A stretch of 32,000 bases of DNA. Origin: Crocosphaera subtropica ATCC 51142. GTDB taxonomy: Bacteria; Cyanobacteriota; Cyanobacteriia; Cyanobacteriales; Microcystaceae. The translations under genes and the position numbers were made by a program. Positions 16,534 through 24,618 of this stretch are shown here, in pieces. The DNA is taken from the NCBI RefSeq assembly GCF_000017845.1, contig NC_010546.1, forward strand, positions 1,290,001 through 1,322,000, in the 5' to 3' direction. Position 1 is the stretch's first letter. Each line of letters begins with the position of its first letter. The notes below the pieces were generated by a model, which saw only the letters and a program-made list of their open reading frames with translations, had not been told where the DNA came from and ran no database searches.

Positions 16534-17532
16534 TTAAGCTGTTTCTGACGTAGGTTCATATTTGAGCAAGATACCATCTTGTCCCAAAATAAAACCCTTT
16601 TCCTGATTAACAAAAACGATTTTATAGAAGTTAGATGGCACGCTTTCAACAGAACGATCTTTCTTCCACGTTTCCCCGTTATCAGGGCTGACCAGTAAGT
16701 TAGCACTACCGCCAGCCACCCAAATTTCTTCGGGGGTACGGTAAGCTAAATCCAGTAAACCCCAACTGGTAGACGGTTCAGGATAAACCACGTCTTGCCA
16801 GTCTTCTAAGTCTTCTGGGGAAGTAAATTGAAGTTGTCCGCCTCTGGCCAGTAACCAAAGACCTCCTTCTTCACTGTAACCCATTGCCTGTAATCTTCGG
16901 GATGAGTTGCGGTTGTGGGGAGTCCATTCGCTTTGTCCGGGTTCCCAGGTGGAATAGAAGTTACCCCGTGCCGAAACAGCCACATAACGACCATCGGGCG
17001 ATCGCTGAATGTTACGGGCAACCCCAACAGCCCCTTCAACTAAAGCATTCCAGGTTTTACCCCCATTATCGGTTTTGTAAATAGCCCCTAGGTTGGTGAC
17101 CATTTCGGCGGTTTCGGGTCCAAGGGCAACCACCCCATCTGGTGCGCCAGGTAGCTTTTCACTTAGGGGAATACGAGACCAGTTTTTGCCACCGTCTTCG
17201 GTATGTAATAGGATAGCAGGTTTTCCTGTGATCCAACCTTCATCCCCGTTGAAACTAACGGCAGTAAAACTGACTTTTTCGTCACCGAGGTCTAGTTTCC
17301 GTTCTTCCCAAGTATCTCCCCCGTCAGTGGTTTCAAATAAGGCTGCTTTTGTCCCTACTAACCAACCGTGATCAGCATCATCGGTAAAGGCAATGTCGGC
17401 AAAAGTGACATCGGTTTCTAAGGAAAGGGTTTTCCAGGGGTTATCTAGGGTAGAAGGGACTTGACTGCAACTAATGCAAAATAAGGAAACGGCTATTAAT
17501 ATTACAAATTGTTTCAGTTTTCTCATAAACAC
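16534..17532 (-). CDS. ycf48: photosystem II assembly/stability factor Ycf48 (HCF136 homologue), lipoprotein
   Basis: Seven-bladed-propeller-type repeats (TDGGDTW, EDGGKNW, TDNGGKTW, SPDNGETW). The signal peptide has Cys (LFCISCSQ). The position between rubA and psbE is as in other cyanobacteria. The track start is a GTG, and an ATG lies two codons in at 17526. Confidence 0.9.
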   Translation of the reverse strand: MFMRKLKQFVILIAVSLFCISCSQVPSTLDNPWKTLSLETDVTFADIAFTDDADHGWLVGTKAALFETTDGGDTWEERKLDLGDEKVSFTAVSFNGDEGWITGKPAILLHTEDGGKNWSRIPLSEKLPGAPDGVVALGPETAEMVTNLGAIYKTDNGGKTWNALVEGAVGVARNIQRSPDGRYVAVSARGNFYSTWEPGQSEWTPHNRNSSRRLQAMGYSEEGGLWLLARGGQLQFTSPEDLEDWQDVVYPEPSTSWGLLDLAYRTPEEIWVAGGSANLLVSPDNGETWKKDRSVESVPSNFYKIVFVNQEKGFILGQDGILLKYEPTSETA

Positions 17533-17614
17533 ACGGTAAATAGGCTGATAAAAGTTCGATCTTGTTGTTTGAAAGTGAGTGAACTTTGTCTAAGGCAGTA
17601 TTCAGGTCAAAGGG

Positions 17615-17962
17615 TTAATTTAACCCGTATAAACTGAGGAAAAACAAGAATCCTAAAGCAAGTCCCCCAAAAATTAGGAGATTTTTTTGATTAGGGGTCA
17701 GATTATTGACACCAAAGCCATAATTTAGGTTTTCTTGGAACCCAGAGGGGGCATTGGTTGCGCCAATACTGACAAACTGATTGGGTTTAGCTCCACAAAC
17801 AGGACATTTCCAGCCGTCCGGGAGTTCAGAAAATGGGGTTCCAGGGGGAACGTTTCCTTTACTATCGCCCTTATTCGGCTCATAAACATAGCCACAGAGA
17901 CGACATTCGTGGTTAGCTGGTGCGAGTTCAGCTAGGGTCTTTTCTTCAGGTCGTTCAGTCAT
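17615..17962 (-). CDS. rubA: membrane-anchored rubredoxin RubA
   Basis: [10 protein letters not shown]...WKCPVCGA rubredoxin knuckles plus a C-terminal TM helix ([19 protein letters not shown]). The track start at 17980 is a TTG. I use the ATG at 17962 (MTERPEE..., 115 aa). Confidence 0.88.
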   Translation of the reverse strand: MTERPEEKTLAELAPANHECRLCGYVYEPNKGDSKGNVPPGTPFSELPDGWKCPVCGAKPNQFVSIGATNAPSGFQENLNYGFGVNNLTPNQKNLLIFGGLALGFLFFLSLYGLN

Positions 17963-18206
17963 TGCTTTGTCTTTAAGCAAATCTTAATATCTATGTTACA
18001 AATTATCCCATAAACTTAACAATCTGACCAAATCTTGCTATGAAAAATCAGGGTTCAGAGGTTGGGGATATTTAGAGAAAATTTTTGATACAATTTAACC
18101 AACAAATAAGACACCTAATAGAATTCAATAAAGTGTCTCTAGCAAAAGAATTAATTGTCGTCTCATGAATATTGTTTATATTAAGTAACTGAATTGTACT
18201 TCTCTT

Positions 18207-18305
18207 GTTAAAAAAATCCTAACTTCGTTGCGTAGCACTCCGAACTCCGAACTCACGTTGAAACAGGGTATTTAAAGTTTGACTACAAAGGCTTCAACTC
18301 TTTCT
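18207..18305 (+). repeat. dispersed intergenic repeat, copy B (see copy A at 8749-8818)
   Basis: GTTAAAAAAA...CTCCGAACTCCGAACTCACGTT...ATTTAAAGTTTGACTACAAAGGCTTCAACTCTTTC. It lies between the ADH-like gene stop and the rubA start. Confidence 0.6.
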
Positions 18306-18364
18306 CCCTGCTTCGATACAGTCCCAACTCGTAACTTAAATGATTAACAGCTTATTGCTGAGGA

Positions 18365-19489
18365 TCAATTTTCAGCAAGGGTTGATACCATCGCAGACAA
18401 TAATTGTTCCGGTGATACCTTAAAAGGTAAACGATGGATATCTGAATTAGGATGACAAGTTACCACTGCTGCATGACGTAATTCTGCTAACGTCACTTGA
18501 GATAAACCTAACTCTTCTAAACTTTTTGGTAAGCCAATTTCTTCGTAAAATTTTAAAAGTTGTTGTCGAGAAGCAACCGCTAATTGATTGCCCTGTATGA
18601 TTTCTTCTAGACGTAATTGTACTAAAATTCCATAGGCGACTTTTTCCCCGTGTAAGGCATCATGGGCTGCCGAGATATGAGTTAAGCCATTATGGACAGC
18701 ATGGGCAGCCACTGTGCGACAATTTGCCCCGCCTAACCCTCCAATAACCCCTGCTAATAATACGGTAGCGTTGACCACTTCTTGCCAGTCTTCTCCTCCT
18801 ATGTTATCTAAAGCCGTCGCAGATTTTTGTAAGAGAATGTCCCGTAATACCCTCGCTTGTTGTACCGCAGCAATAGTTAGGGTTGCGGTGGAGTTACCAC
18901 TACTGACAGACGCTTCGTACCATTTTGCGATCGCATCTCCAATGCCAGCTACCAAAGTCCGTTTAGGGGCTGTTTTAATCAGATTGTAGTCTAATATCAG
19001 TAAATCAGGACAACGGGACAAGGGTACGTCGTATTGAAACGCCCCTTGGTTAGAATAGATGTTAGAAAGGGCTGTCCAGGCTGCACAAGTTGCTCCAGAG
19101 GTGGGAATGGTAACAATGGGTAATTGTTGCTGATGGGCTAGTAATTTGGCCGTATCTAGAGCTTTGCCTCCACCAACGCCAATAATTAAGTCAGCTTGAT
19201 GATCTTGGCTTGTTTGGCTAAGGTTTTTCAAAGAGGTTTCCGAACAGTCAGGAGCGTAGCTATCAAATACTGCTGTTAAGCCAAATTTTTGAAAAATTGG
19301 TTTTAAATGGGATGAAATAAGCTTAAGACTGTGATTTCCGCCCACCACTAAGGGACGTTGACCCAGACGAGCGATTACTTTTCCTGTTTGACTGATGATT
19401 CCCTCGCCCTGAATGACTTGAGTGGGGGAAACCCATAAGGAATTCATCGAGGTAGTAACTGGAGTAATTTTAGTGGTTTTTGATGACAT
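18365..19489 (-). CDS. iron/zinc-containing alcohol dehydrogenase superfamily protein, glycerol-dehydrogenase-like
   Basis: GVGGGKALDTAKLLA nucleotide-binding loop and metal-ligand contexts AHAVHNGLT and HGEKVAYG, as in GldA-type enzymes. Confidence 0.85.
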   Translation of the reverse strand: MSSKTTKITPVTTSMNSLWVSPTQVIQGEGIISQTGKVIARLGQRPLVVGGNHSLKLISSHLKPIFQKFGLTAVFDSYAPDCSETSLKNLSQTSQDHQADLIIGVGGGKALDTAKLLAHQQQLPIVTIPTSGATCAAWTALSNIYSNQGAFQYDVPLSRCPDLLILDYNLIKTAPKRTLVAGIGDAIAKWYEASVSSGNSTATLTIAAVQQARVLRDILLQKSATALDNIGGEDWQEVVNATVLLAGVIGGLGGANCRTVAAHAVHNGLTHISAAHDALHGEKVAYGILVQLRLEEIIQGNQLAVASRQQLLKFYEEIGLPKSLEELGLSQVTLAELRHAAVVTCHPNSDIHRLPFKVSPEQLLSAMVSTLAEN

Positions 19490-19558
19490 TCGATGCTTAG
19501 AAATTGATAATACAAACTTTACATTTTATTCTAGGATAGCAAATTATATCAAAGATGA

Positions 19559-20719
19559 TTATTTTAGATTTTTTCCAGAATTATTAATTAAGGTTCCTCG
19601 TTTCATTTGTTCTCTTTCAATCGCTTCAAATAATGCTTTAAAATTACCTTCTCCAAAGCCTTGTGCTTGCTCTCGTCTTTCAATAATTTCAAAAAAGAAA
19701 GTGGGTTGTTCAAAAATTGGCTCAGTAAATATTTGTAATAGTAACGGATGATTTTGCTTGCCTTGTTTTTGGTTTTTGTTTTCTTCTTGATCTAATAAAA
19801 TATTTTCTTGAACAATTTGTTTCCATTCTTGAGAGTCAAATTTTAAGTTTAAATCAGTTTCTGTCAATTGCTCATAATAAGTATCAGGAACTTTTAAAAA
19901 TTTTAAGCCATTTTTTCGTAATTGTTTAATAACTTCAGTAATTTTATTAGTTCTCAATGCAATATGTTGGATACCTGAGCCGTTATTAATGTCTAAGAAT
20001 TCTTGAATTTGAGAATTTTTAGAGATCGGTTCATTAATCGGTAATTGTATATTACTAACAGGATGAAACATAACTTGAGAATATAATCCTGATTGTGGGG
20101 TTTCTATTTTAAAAAACTGTTTTTTTTGAAAACCCAATATTTTATTGTACCAATCAATTGTTGAGTTAAGCTCCCCTTGAGGCACATTTAAAACCAGATG
20201 ATCTAAGGCTAAAAAATAGTTTTTATTGATCTTATTACTAGGTTTTTTCTCGATCCAATTTTCAGGTAAAATAGAGGTGTCTCCCCTACGTTCAAATAGA
20301 CTATGAATCAATCCTGTTTGACTAATGATTTTACTCCATTGTAAATAACCGTTGGTGTATTTTTTTTCTTTCATAGGTTCTTGTATTACAGTGCCAAGAT
20401 TCTTTATTTTTTCTAGACAAGCCTTTAAATTATTAACCCTAAAAGCAATATCAGCTACCCCAGGAGGATGAATTTCTAGAAATTTAGCCACGGGACTTTG
20501 GGGAGATAAGGGAGAGGAAATAACAAAAATAATCGGATAATCCTTACTTCCAGTTTTCACAATTTCAGTATAAGTATGATCATTATGCCCTCCTGCAATG
20601 GCGTGAAATCCCATCACATTAATAAACCATTTCTTCCAGTAATCGGCATTTTTTACATACCAATGAACGTGATCAAGACCAATTTTCATTATTTGTTTAT
20701 GTTCCTCTGTCGTCAACAT
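19559..20719 (-). CDS. hppD: 4-hydroxyphenylpyruvate dioxygenase (HPPD) family protein
   Basis: Two VOC/glyoxalase-fold halves (LDHVHWYV; LDHLVLNV), GIQHIALRT, and the C-terminal FFFEIIERREQAQGFGEGNFKALFEAIEREQ, which is typical of HPPD. An alternative start is the MKIGLDH Met 10 codons in. Confidence 0.85.
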   Translation of the reverse strand: MLTTEEHKQIMKIGLDHVHWYVKNADYWKKWFINVMGFHAIAGGHNDHTYTEIVKTGSKDYPIIFVISSPLSPQSPVAKFLEIHPPGVADIAFRVNNLKACLEKIKNLGTVIQEPMKEKKYTNGYLQWSKIISQTGLIHSLFERRGDTSILPENWIEKKPSNKINKNYFLALDHLVLNVPQGELNSTIDWYNKILGFQKKQFFKIETPQSGLYSQVMFHPVSNIQLPINEPISKNSQIQEFLDINNGSGIQHIALRTNKITEVIKQLRKNGLKFLKVPDTYYEQLTETDLNLKFDSQEWKQIVQENILLDQEENKNQKQGKQNHPLLLQIFTEPIFEQPTFFFEIIERREQAQGFGEGNFKALFEAIEREQMKRGTLINNSGKNLK

Positions 20720-20823
20720 TTTAGTGATATAGAAAACTAATAGCTATTTTTATTTTATGGTTTAATTCTGATGATAATGATAATAGATTTTATCTTAATT
20801 TATCAACTCACTGACCAATTAAG

Positions 20824-20846
20824 GTCAACAATAAATGTTGACTTTT
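20824..20846. terminator. perfect 7-bp hairpin with a T4 run on the + strand (possible terminator for the upstream minus-strand gene, or a regulatory structure)
   Basis: GTCAACA-ATAAA-TGTTGAC followed by TTTT (20843-20846). It lies 120 nt downstream of the 20964 stop and 105 nt upstream of the hppD start. Confidence 0.3.
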
Positions 20847-20963
20847 ATCTGGTGTGATCAGATAATTACTTTAAGCAATCATCTATTTTAGATTCGTATT
20901 AATTGGTAAAAAAGTTATCGGCCTTTAGAGGTATAAATTGTTGAAAGGGTGTTGTAGCCAATC

Positions 20964-21623
20964 TTAAACAAGAGAGCGAAGATAATTAATTAATCCCTGA
21001 AGGGTACGAGATTGAACATAAATTAAAGTTCCTTGAGTACGTTTGTTTCTATTTTTTACTCCTGACACAGTGATATTAACTTTCTCTTTTTCTTTACGAT
21101 AGTTTAATGGTGTTGTGGGCTGATAAGCTAATAGGTGTCCTTGAGCCATCATCAAATCTTGATAAATGGTTTTTTTGATGATTCCGCCGTAAGCTCCAAT
21201 AAATACCCGACCCTTGCCTTTACATTTCGTTTTAAATAATCCGTCTCCAACTAACCAACTACCAAACCCCCCCCAGTGATTTTCGATTTTGACCCCTTTG
21301 GTATAGGCTAATAACACTCTTGGTTGTAAACAAATGGGCCCTTGGGATAAATCAATGCGTTCAATATCTCCAATGGTTGTCTGACTTAATCCGACTGTTA
21401 TTGGCTCTTCTGTCTCATTGGTCAAATAATCAACAAAAATATCAGTTCCACCAAAGCATTTCCTTACGATTGCGGATAACCAAGACCCACAGAACCCAGT
21501 ATGGACAGTAACCTCTCCATCCATACTGATAATAGAACCCATTTTAACAGTTATCTTTTCCCCTGGATTGAGGGTGACAAATAAGGTAGCAAAAGCGGGA
21601 CGACAACGAACTTTAAATAGCAC
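20964..21623 (-). CDS. AIM24/DUF124 (TIGR00266-like) family protein
   Basis: The pattern P.FATLFVTLNPGEKITVKMGSIISMDGEV...GLFKTKCKGKGRVFIGAYGGI...AQGHLLAY matches the DUF124 layout (L.V.L..GE.I.AE.GAM..M ... G.GLF..K..G.G.VFL...G.I... GHLVA). The start is a GTG. Confidence 0.65.
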   Translation of the reverse strand: MLFKVRCRPAFATLFVTLNPGEKITVKMGSIISMDGEVTVHTGFCGSWLSAIVRKCFGGTDIFVDYLTNETEEPITVGLSQTTIGDIERIDLSQGPICLQPRVLLAYTKGVKIENHWGGFGSWLVGDGLFKTKCKGKGRVFIGAYGGIIKKTIYQDLMMAQGHLLAYQPTTPLNYRKEKEKVNITVSGVKNRNKRTQGTLIYVQSRTLQGLINYLRSLV

Positions 21624-21738
21624 AGCTTAGAGTCAAATCAATGAGAAAATCATTAAAAAAGGGACAAGAAAATTAATTCTTTACTCTAGAATTTTCGCTC
21701 CAGTCCCCATGTTACTTGATTTTAAATCAAACTATCCG

Positions 21739-22263
21739 TTAGTTATTCAAAAAAATAGGACGGATAGATTCAACCCACTGGTTAATTCGGGTTTCTGTTT
21801 GATCGCTTTGGTTGACTTCATCGATAGGAAGTCCTACAAACTTATCATTCAATAAAGCCGAAGAATATTGAAAGGTGTAGCCCTCATTAGGAAATTCTCC
21901 CACTAGGGTAGCTCCTAATTTTTGGAAGTGGTTATACATTTTACCCAGTGCGCTGACAAATTCATTTCCGTGATCAACTTGATCGCCAGCACCAAATAAA
22001 GCAATGGTTTTACCAGTAAAATCAGGCTTCTCCAATTCCATCTCAAAGAGGGGATCACGCCAATCATTCTGCACGTCTCCGGCTCCCCAAGTAGAACACC
22101 CTAATAATAAATAATCATAATCGAGGAGTTGATCGTATTCGTCAAAATCCTCTTCCATGCTATAGATATCGCATTGCTCTTCTCCTAATTTTTGCCGTAG
22201 GGTCATGGCAATTTCTTCGGTGATTCCCGATGTACTTCCGTAAAAAATGCCAATTTTAGCCAT
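21739..22263 (-). CDS. isiB: long-chain flavodoxin
   Basis: MAKIGIFYGSTSGITEEIA (the FMN phosphate loop T/S-x-T-G-x-T), GCSTWGAG, and the ~20-aa long-chain insertion. I use the ATG at 22263, which has AGGAG 9 nt upstream. The track start at 22269 is a TTG. Confidence 0.9.
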   Translation of the reverse strand: MAKIGIFYGSTSGITEEIAMTLRQKLGEEQCDIYSMEEDFDEYDQLLDYDYLLLGCSTWGAGDVQNDWRDPLFEMELEKPDFTGKTIALFGAGDQVDHGNEFVSALGKMYNHFQKLGATLVGEFPNEGYTFQYSSALLNDKFVGLPIDEVNQSDQTETRINQWVESIRPIFLNN

Positions 22264-22552
22264 AATCAAGACTCCTGATACGTTGTGTGTACTGAAACAA
22301 ACAGATGGAATCTAGATTCAAGTTATTAAAAACAAGAAAATTCAATAAGTGTAGAAGTTATCTCCTCTCTATTATTGAATATAATGACTCGATTGCAGAA
22401 AATCTGTATCCGTTGTACTTGAGAAGTTTCTTATTTTAAGAGATAATTATTCCAAATGTTTCTAATAATATGTATATTAACTTTTAATAACTAATATTTC
22501 AAAATTATTCATAACAATACATCACAAAACGTTACAACTAATTAACTTAATA

Positions 22553-22574
22553 GGGGTTAACAGTTGTTGACCCC
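22553..22574 (-). terminator. stem-loop immediately downstream of ftsZ
   Basis: GGGGTTAAC-AGTT-GTTGACCCC, a 9-bp stem including one G:U, 30 nt after the ftsZ stop. The T-run on the minus strand is poor. Confidence 0.4.
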
Positions 22575-22604
22575 TAATCGTTTTTATAACGTTCAATTGT
22601 CGGT

Positions 22605-23864
22605 TTATCCGCGAGGAAAACGCCGATCCTGCAAAAAAGGCGGAATATCTAATCCTGTTGGTTTGGGAGGTGGGGATTGTTCTTTTTTCGGGGGATTCGG
22701 GGTGGATAGATTACGGTTAGGGGTTGAGGTGCTTTGATTATTGGGGATGTTTTCAGCTTCAGCACTAAACCCAGTAGCGATCACTGTAACAATCACCTCT
22801 CCTTGAACCCGTTCATCGATCACAGCACCAAAAATAATATTGGCATCGGGATCAACCACTTCAAAAATTGTTTCTGCTGCGGTGTTGACCTCATGTAAAC
22901 TCAGATCACTACCACCAGTGATATTGAAGACCACTCCTTTTGCCCCTTGAATCGAATGTTCTAATAAGGGTGAAGAAATAGCCAACGAAGCTGCATCATT
23001 AGCACGGGATTTGCCAGAACCGACACCAATGCCCATCAATGCTGATCCAGCATCAGCCATAACAGCACGAACATCCGCAAAATCCACATTAACTAAGCCA
23101 GGAATGGTAATAATATCAGAAATTCCCTGCACACCTTGCCGTAAAACATTATCCGCAGCTAAAAAAGCCTCTTTTAGAGGAGTTTCTGGAGAAATGACCT
23201 GTAATAGTTGGTTATTGGGAATAACAATCAGGGTATCGACGTTATTTTGCAGATCACTGATACCCTGGCTGGCTTGTACCATACGCCGTCGCCCTTCAAA
23301 GGTAAAGGGACGAGTTACCACCCCGACGGTTAAACAGCCCTTTTCTTTGGCAATCTCAGCCACAATGGCCGCAGCACCCGTTCCTGTGCCTCCACCCATG
23401 CCAGCGGTGATAAAGACTAAGTCCGTATCTTCGAGGGCTTCGGCAATTTCATCACGGGACTCCACAGCAGCCTCTTTGCCAATGTTGGGATTGCCACCAG
23501 CCCCTAAACCCTTGGTTAACTTTCTGCCGATTTGTAAGCGATGGGGGGCAGAGGATTGGGTCAGGGCTTGAGCATCGGTGTTCATTGTCCAAAACTCAAC
23601 CCCCATTAAGGCACTTTCGATCATGCGATCAACCGCATTACATCCGCCACCACCAACCCCTATGACTTTGATTCTCGCAACATTATTTGGCACAATTACA
23701 TTTCTCCTACTATCTTCCCCAGGATTTTCTGGAGGTTCGTTCATTTGGGAAAAAGGGGCAGTGCTGTTTTGTCGTTGATAACTTTCGACAGCACTGGATG
23801 TCTCCGCAGATTCGGTGTTATTTAGGCTGGAATGATTAAGAGCTAGCTTATCACTAAGAATCAT
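22605..23864 (-). CDS. ftsZ: cell division protein FtsZ
   Basis: [14 protein letters not shown] and the tubulin signature [18 protein letters not shown] cyanobacterial-type N-terminal extension and a C-terminal LDIPPFLQ peptide are present. Confidence 0.96.
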   Translation of the reverse strand: MILSDKLALNHSSLNNTESAETSSAVESYQRQNSTAPFSQMNEPPENPGEDSRRNVIVPNNVARIKVIGVGGGGCNAVDRMIESALMGVEFWTMNTDAQALTQSSAPHRLQIGRKLTKGLGAGGNPNIGKEAAVESRDEIAEALEDTDLVFITAGMGGGTGTGAAAIVAEIAKEKGCLTVGVVTRPFTFEGRRRMVQASQGISDLQNNVDTLIVIPNNQLLQVISPETPLKEAFLAADNVLRQGVQGISDIITIPGLVNVDFADVRAVMADAGSALMGIGVGSGKSRANDAASLAISSPLLEHSIQGAKGVVFNITGGSDLSLHEVNTAAETIFEVVDPDANIIFGAVIDERVQGEVIVTVIATGFSAEAENIPNNQSTSTPNRNLSTPNPPKKEQSPPPKPTGLDIPPFLQDRRFPRG

Positions 23865-24065
23865 TTTAATTGGCAGGGGGTTAATTATTTTAGTTCAAGA
23901 ATTTAGGATAATCTAAAATTGGCCTAATCTACAGTACCATTGATGAATACCTCGATTAAGGATTGATCTATAAAATGATTTACTATATCAGAGCTTACTA
24001 TGAATAGTAGATTATTACATTTTCTTTAACAAAGTTTCTATCTGAGTTTACCAAAGCACCGCCCC

Positions 24066-24117
24066 AAAAACAAAAATTCTGACCTTCCTTATAAGTTTAA
24101 GTAAAAGTTAAGGTCAG
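24066..24117 (-). terminator. intrinsic terminator of the 75-aa gene
   Basis: 8-bp stem CTGACCTT/AAGGTCAG (24079-24086 / 24110-24117). On the minus strand it is followed by AATTTTTGTTTTTG. Confidence 0.5.
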
Positions 24118-24182
24118 ATGGCTTATTTCTATTAGGTGATGGGGGTTAGGAGTCTGAAAGTCCTTCCTAACCCGAGAACTGA

Positions 24183-24410
24183 CTATTGAGCTAGGTTATT
24201 ACTGCCGTAAGCATCCACTTCAAACGCAGGAACCCGATCGCTATCTATCTCTTTCCCTGTTACCGATTTCGCTATTTTTTCAAAGGACTCAGAGTTCCAG
24301 TTTCTTTCGTGAATGGTTTTCGTCTGCTCACCTCGAAAGTAAGCTTGTGTCCCGATGACAGCAGCAGCTACCCAACCGACGATTAGTAAGGAAATAACAA
24401 GAGTTAACAT
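24183..24410 (-). CDS. small single-pass membrane protein (75 aa), function unknown
   Basis: N-terminal TM helix LTLVISLLIVGWVAAAVIG followed by a hydrophilic tail. AAGGAG lies 9 nt upstream of the ATG. The gene has its own terminator and its own HLR1-like promoter motif. Confidence 0.6.
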   Translation of the reverse strand: MLTLVISLLIVGWVAAAVIGTQAYFRGEQTKTIHERNWNSESFEKIAKSVTGKEIDSDRVPAFEVDAYGSNNLAQ

Positions 24411-24443
24411 AATTTTTTTCTCCTTTACAAACTTTTTTTAACT

Positions 24444-24461
24444 TCTGTAAATAAATGTAAC
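24444..24461 (-). promoter_or_regulatory. HLR1-like (RpaB-type) motif upstream of the 75-aa gene
   Basis: The minus strand reads GTTACATT-TA-TTTACAGA. This matches (G/T)TTACA(T/A)(T/A)-NN-(G/T)TTACA(T/A)(T/A) at 15/16 defined positions. It lies 34-51 nt upstream of the ATG, between a TTGTTA (-35-like) and a TAAAAA (-10-like) element. Confidence 0.4.
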
Positions 24462-24618
24462 AAAATATTGCAAAAATTATCAACCTATTCTAAGTACGGT
24501 TTTTACCACATCGGAATCACTGACCAGTGATCATTGTTCACTGTTCACCGACTTAACCCATTGACCTAGAATGCCCTGAGCCGATCATAATAAAGAGAGA
24601 TTCTTAGGAAAGGGTTGT

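Noticed and set aside
16491-17371. ORFs 16491..16706(-), 16806..17039(-), 16884..17084(+) and 17093..17371(+) overlapping ycf48
   Set aside because: All are nested in the well-supported ycf48 CDS or its 3' flank. Their compositions are those of off-frame translation.
17995-18007. 13-mer AATTTGTAACATA shared by the psaF and rubA upstream regions, as evidence of co-regulation
   Set aside because: In 32 kb on both strands, tens of exact 13-mer coincidences are expected by chance, especially in AT-rich DNA. The second HLR1 half-site at rubA is absent. I mention it only as a side note under the psaF finding.
19422-19751. 109-aa + strand ORF spanning the ADH-like/hppD junction
   Set aside because: It overlaps the ends of two well-supported minus-strand genes, which makes it an off-strand artefact.
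23011-23571. 186-aa + strand ORF (plus 23578..23778) antisense to ftsZ
   Set aside because: It lies wholly inside the unambiguous ftsZ CDS. Its translation is low-complexity and Pro/Ala/Ser/Thr-rich, typical of a shadow ORF opposite a Gly/Ala-rich gene.
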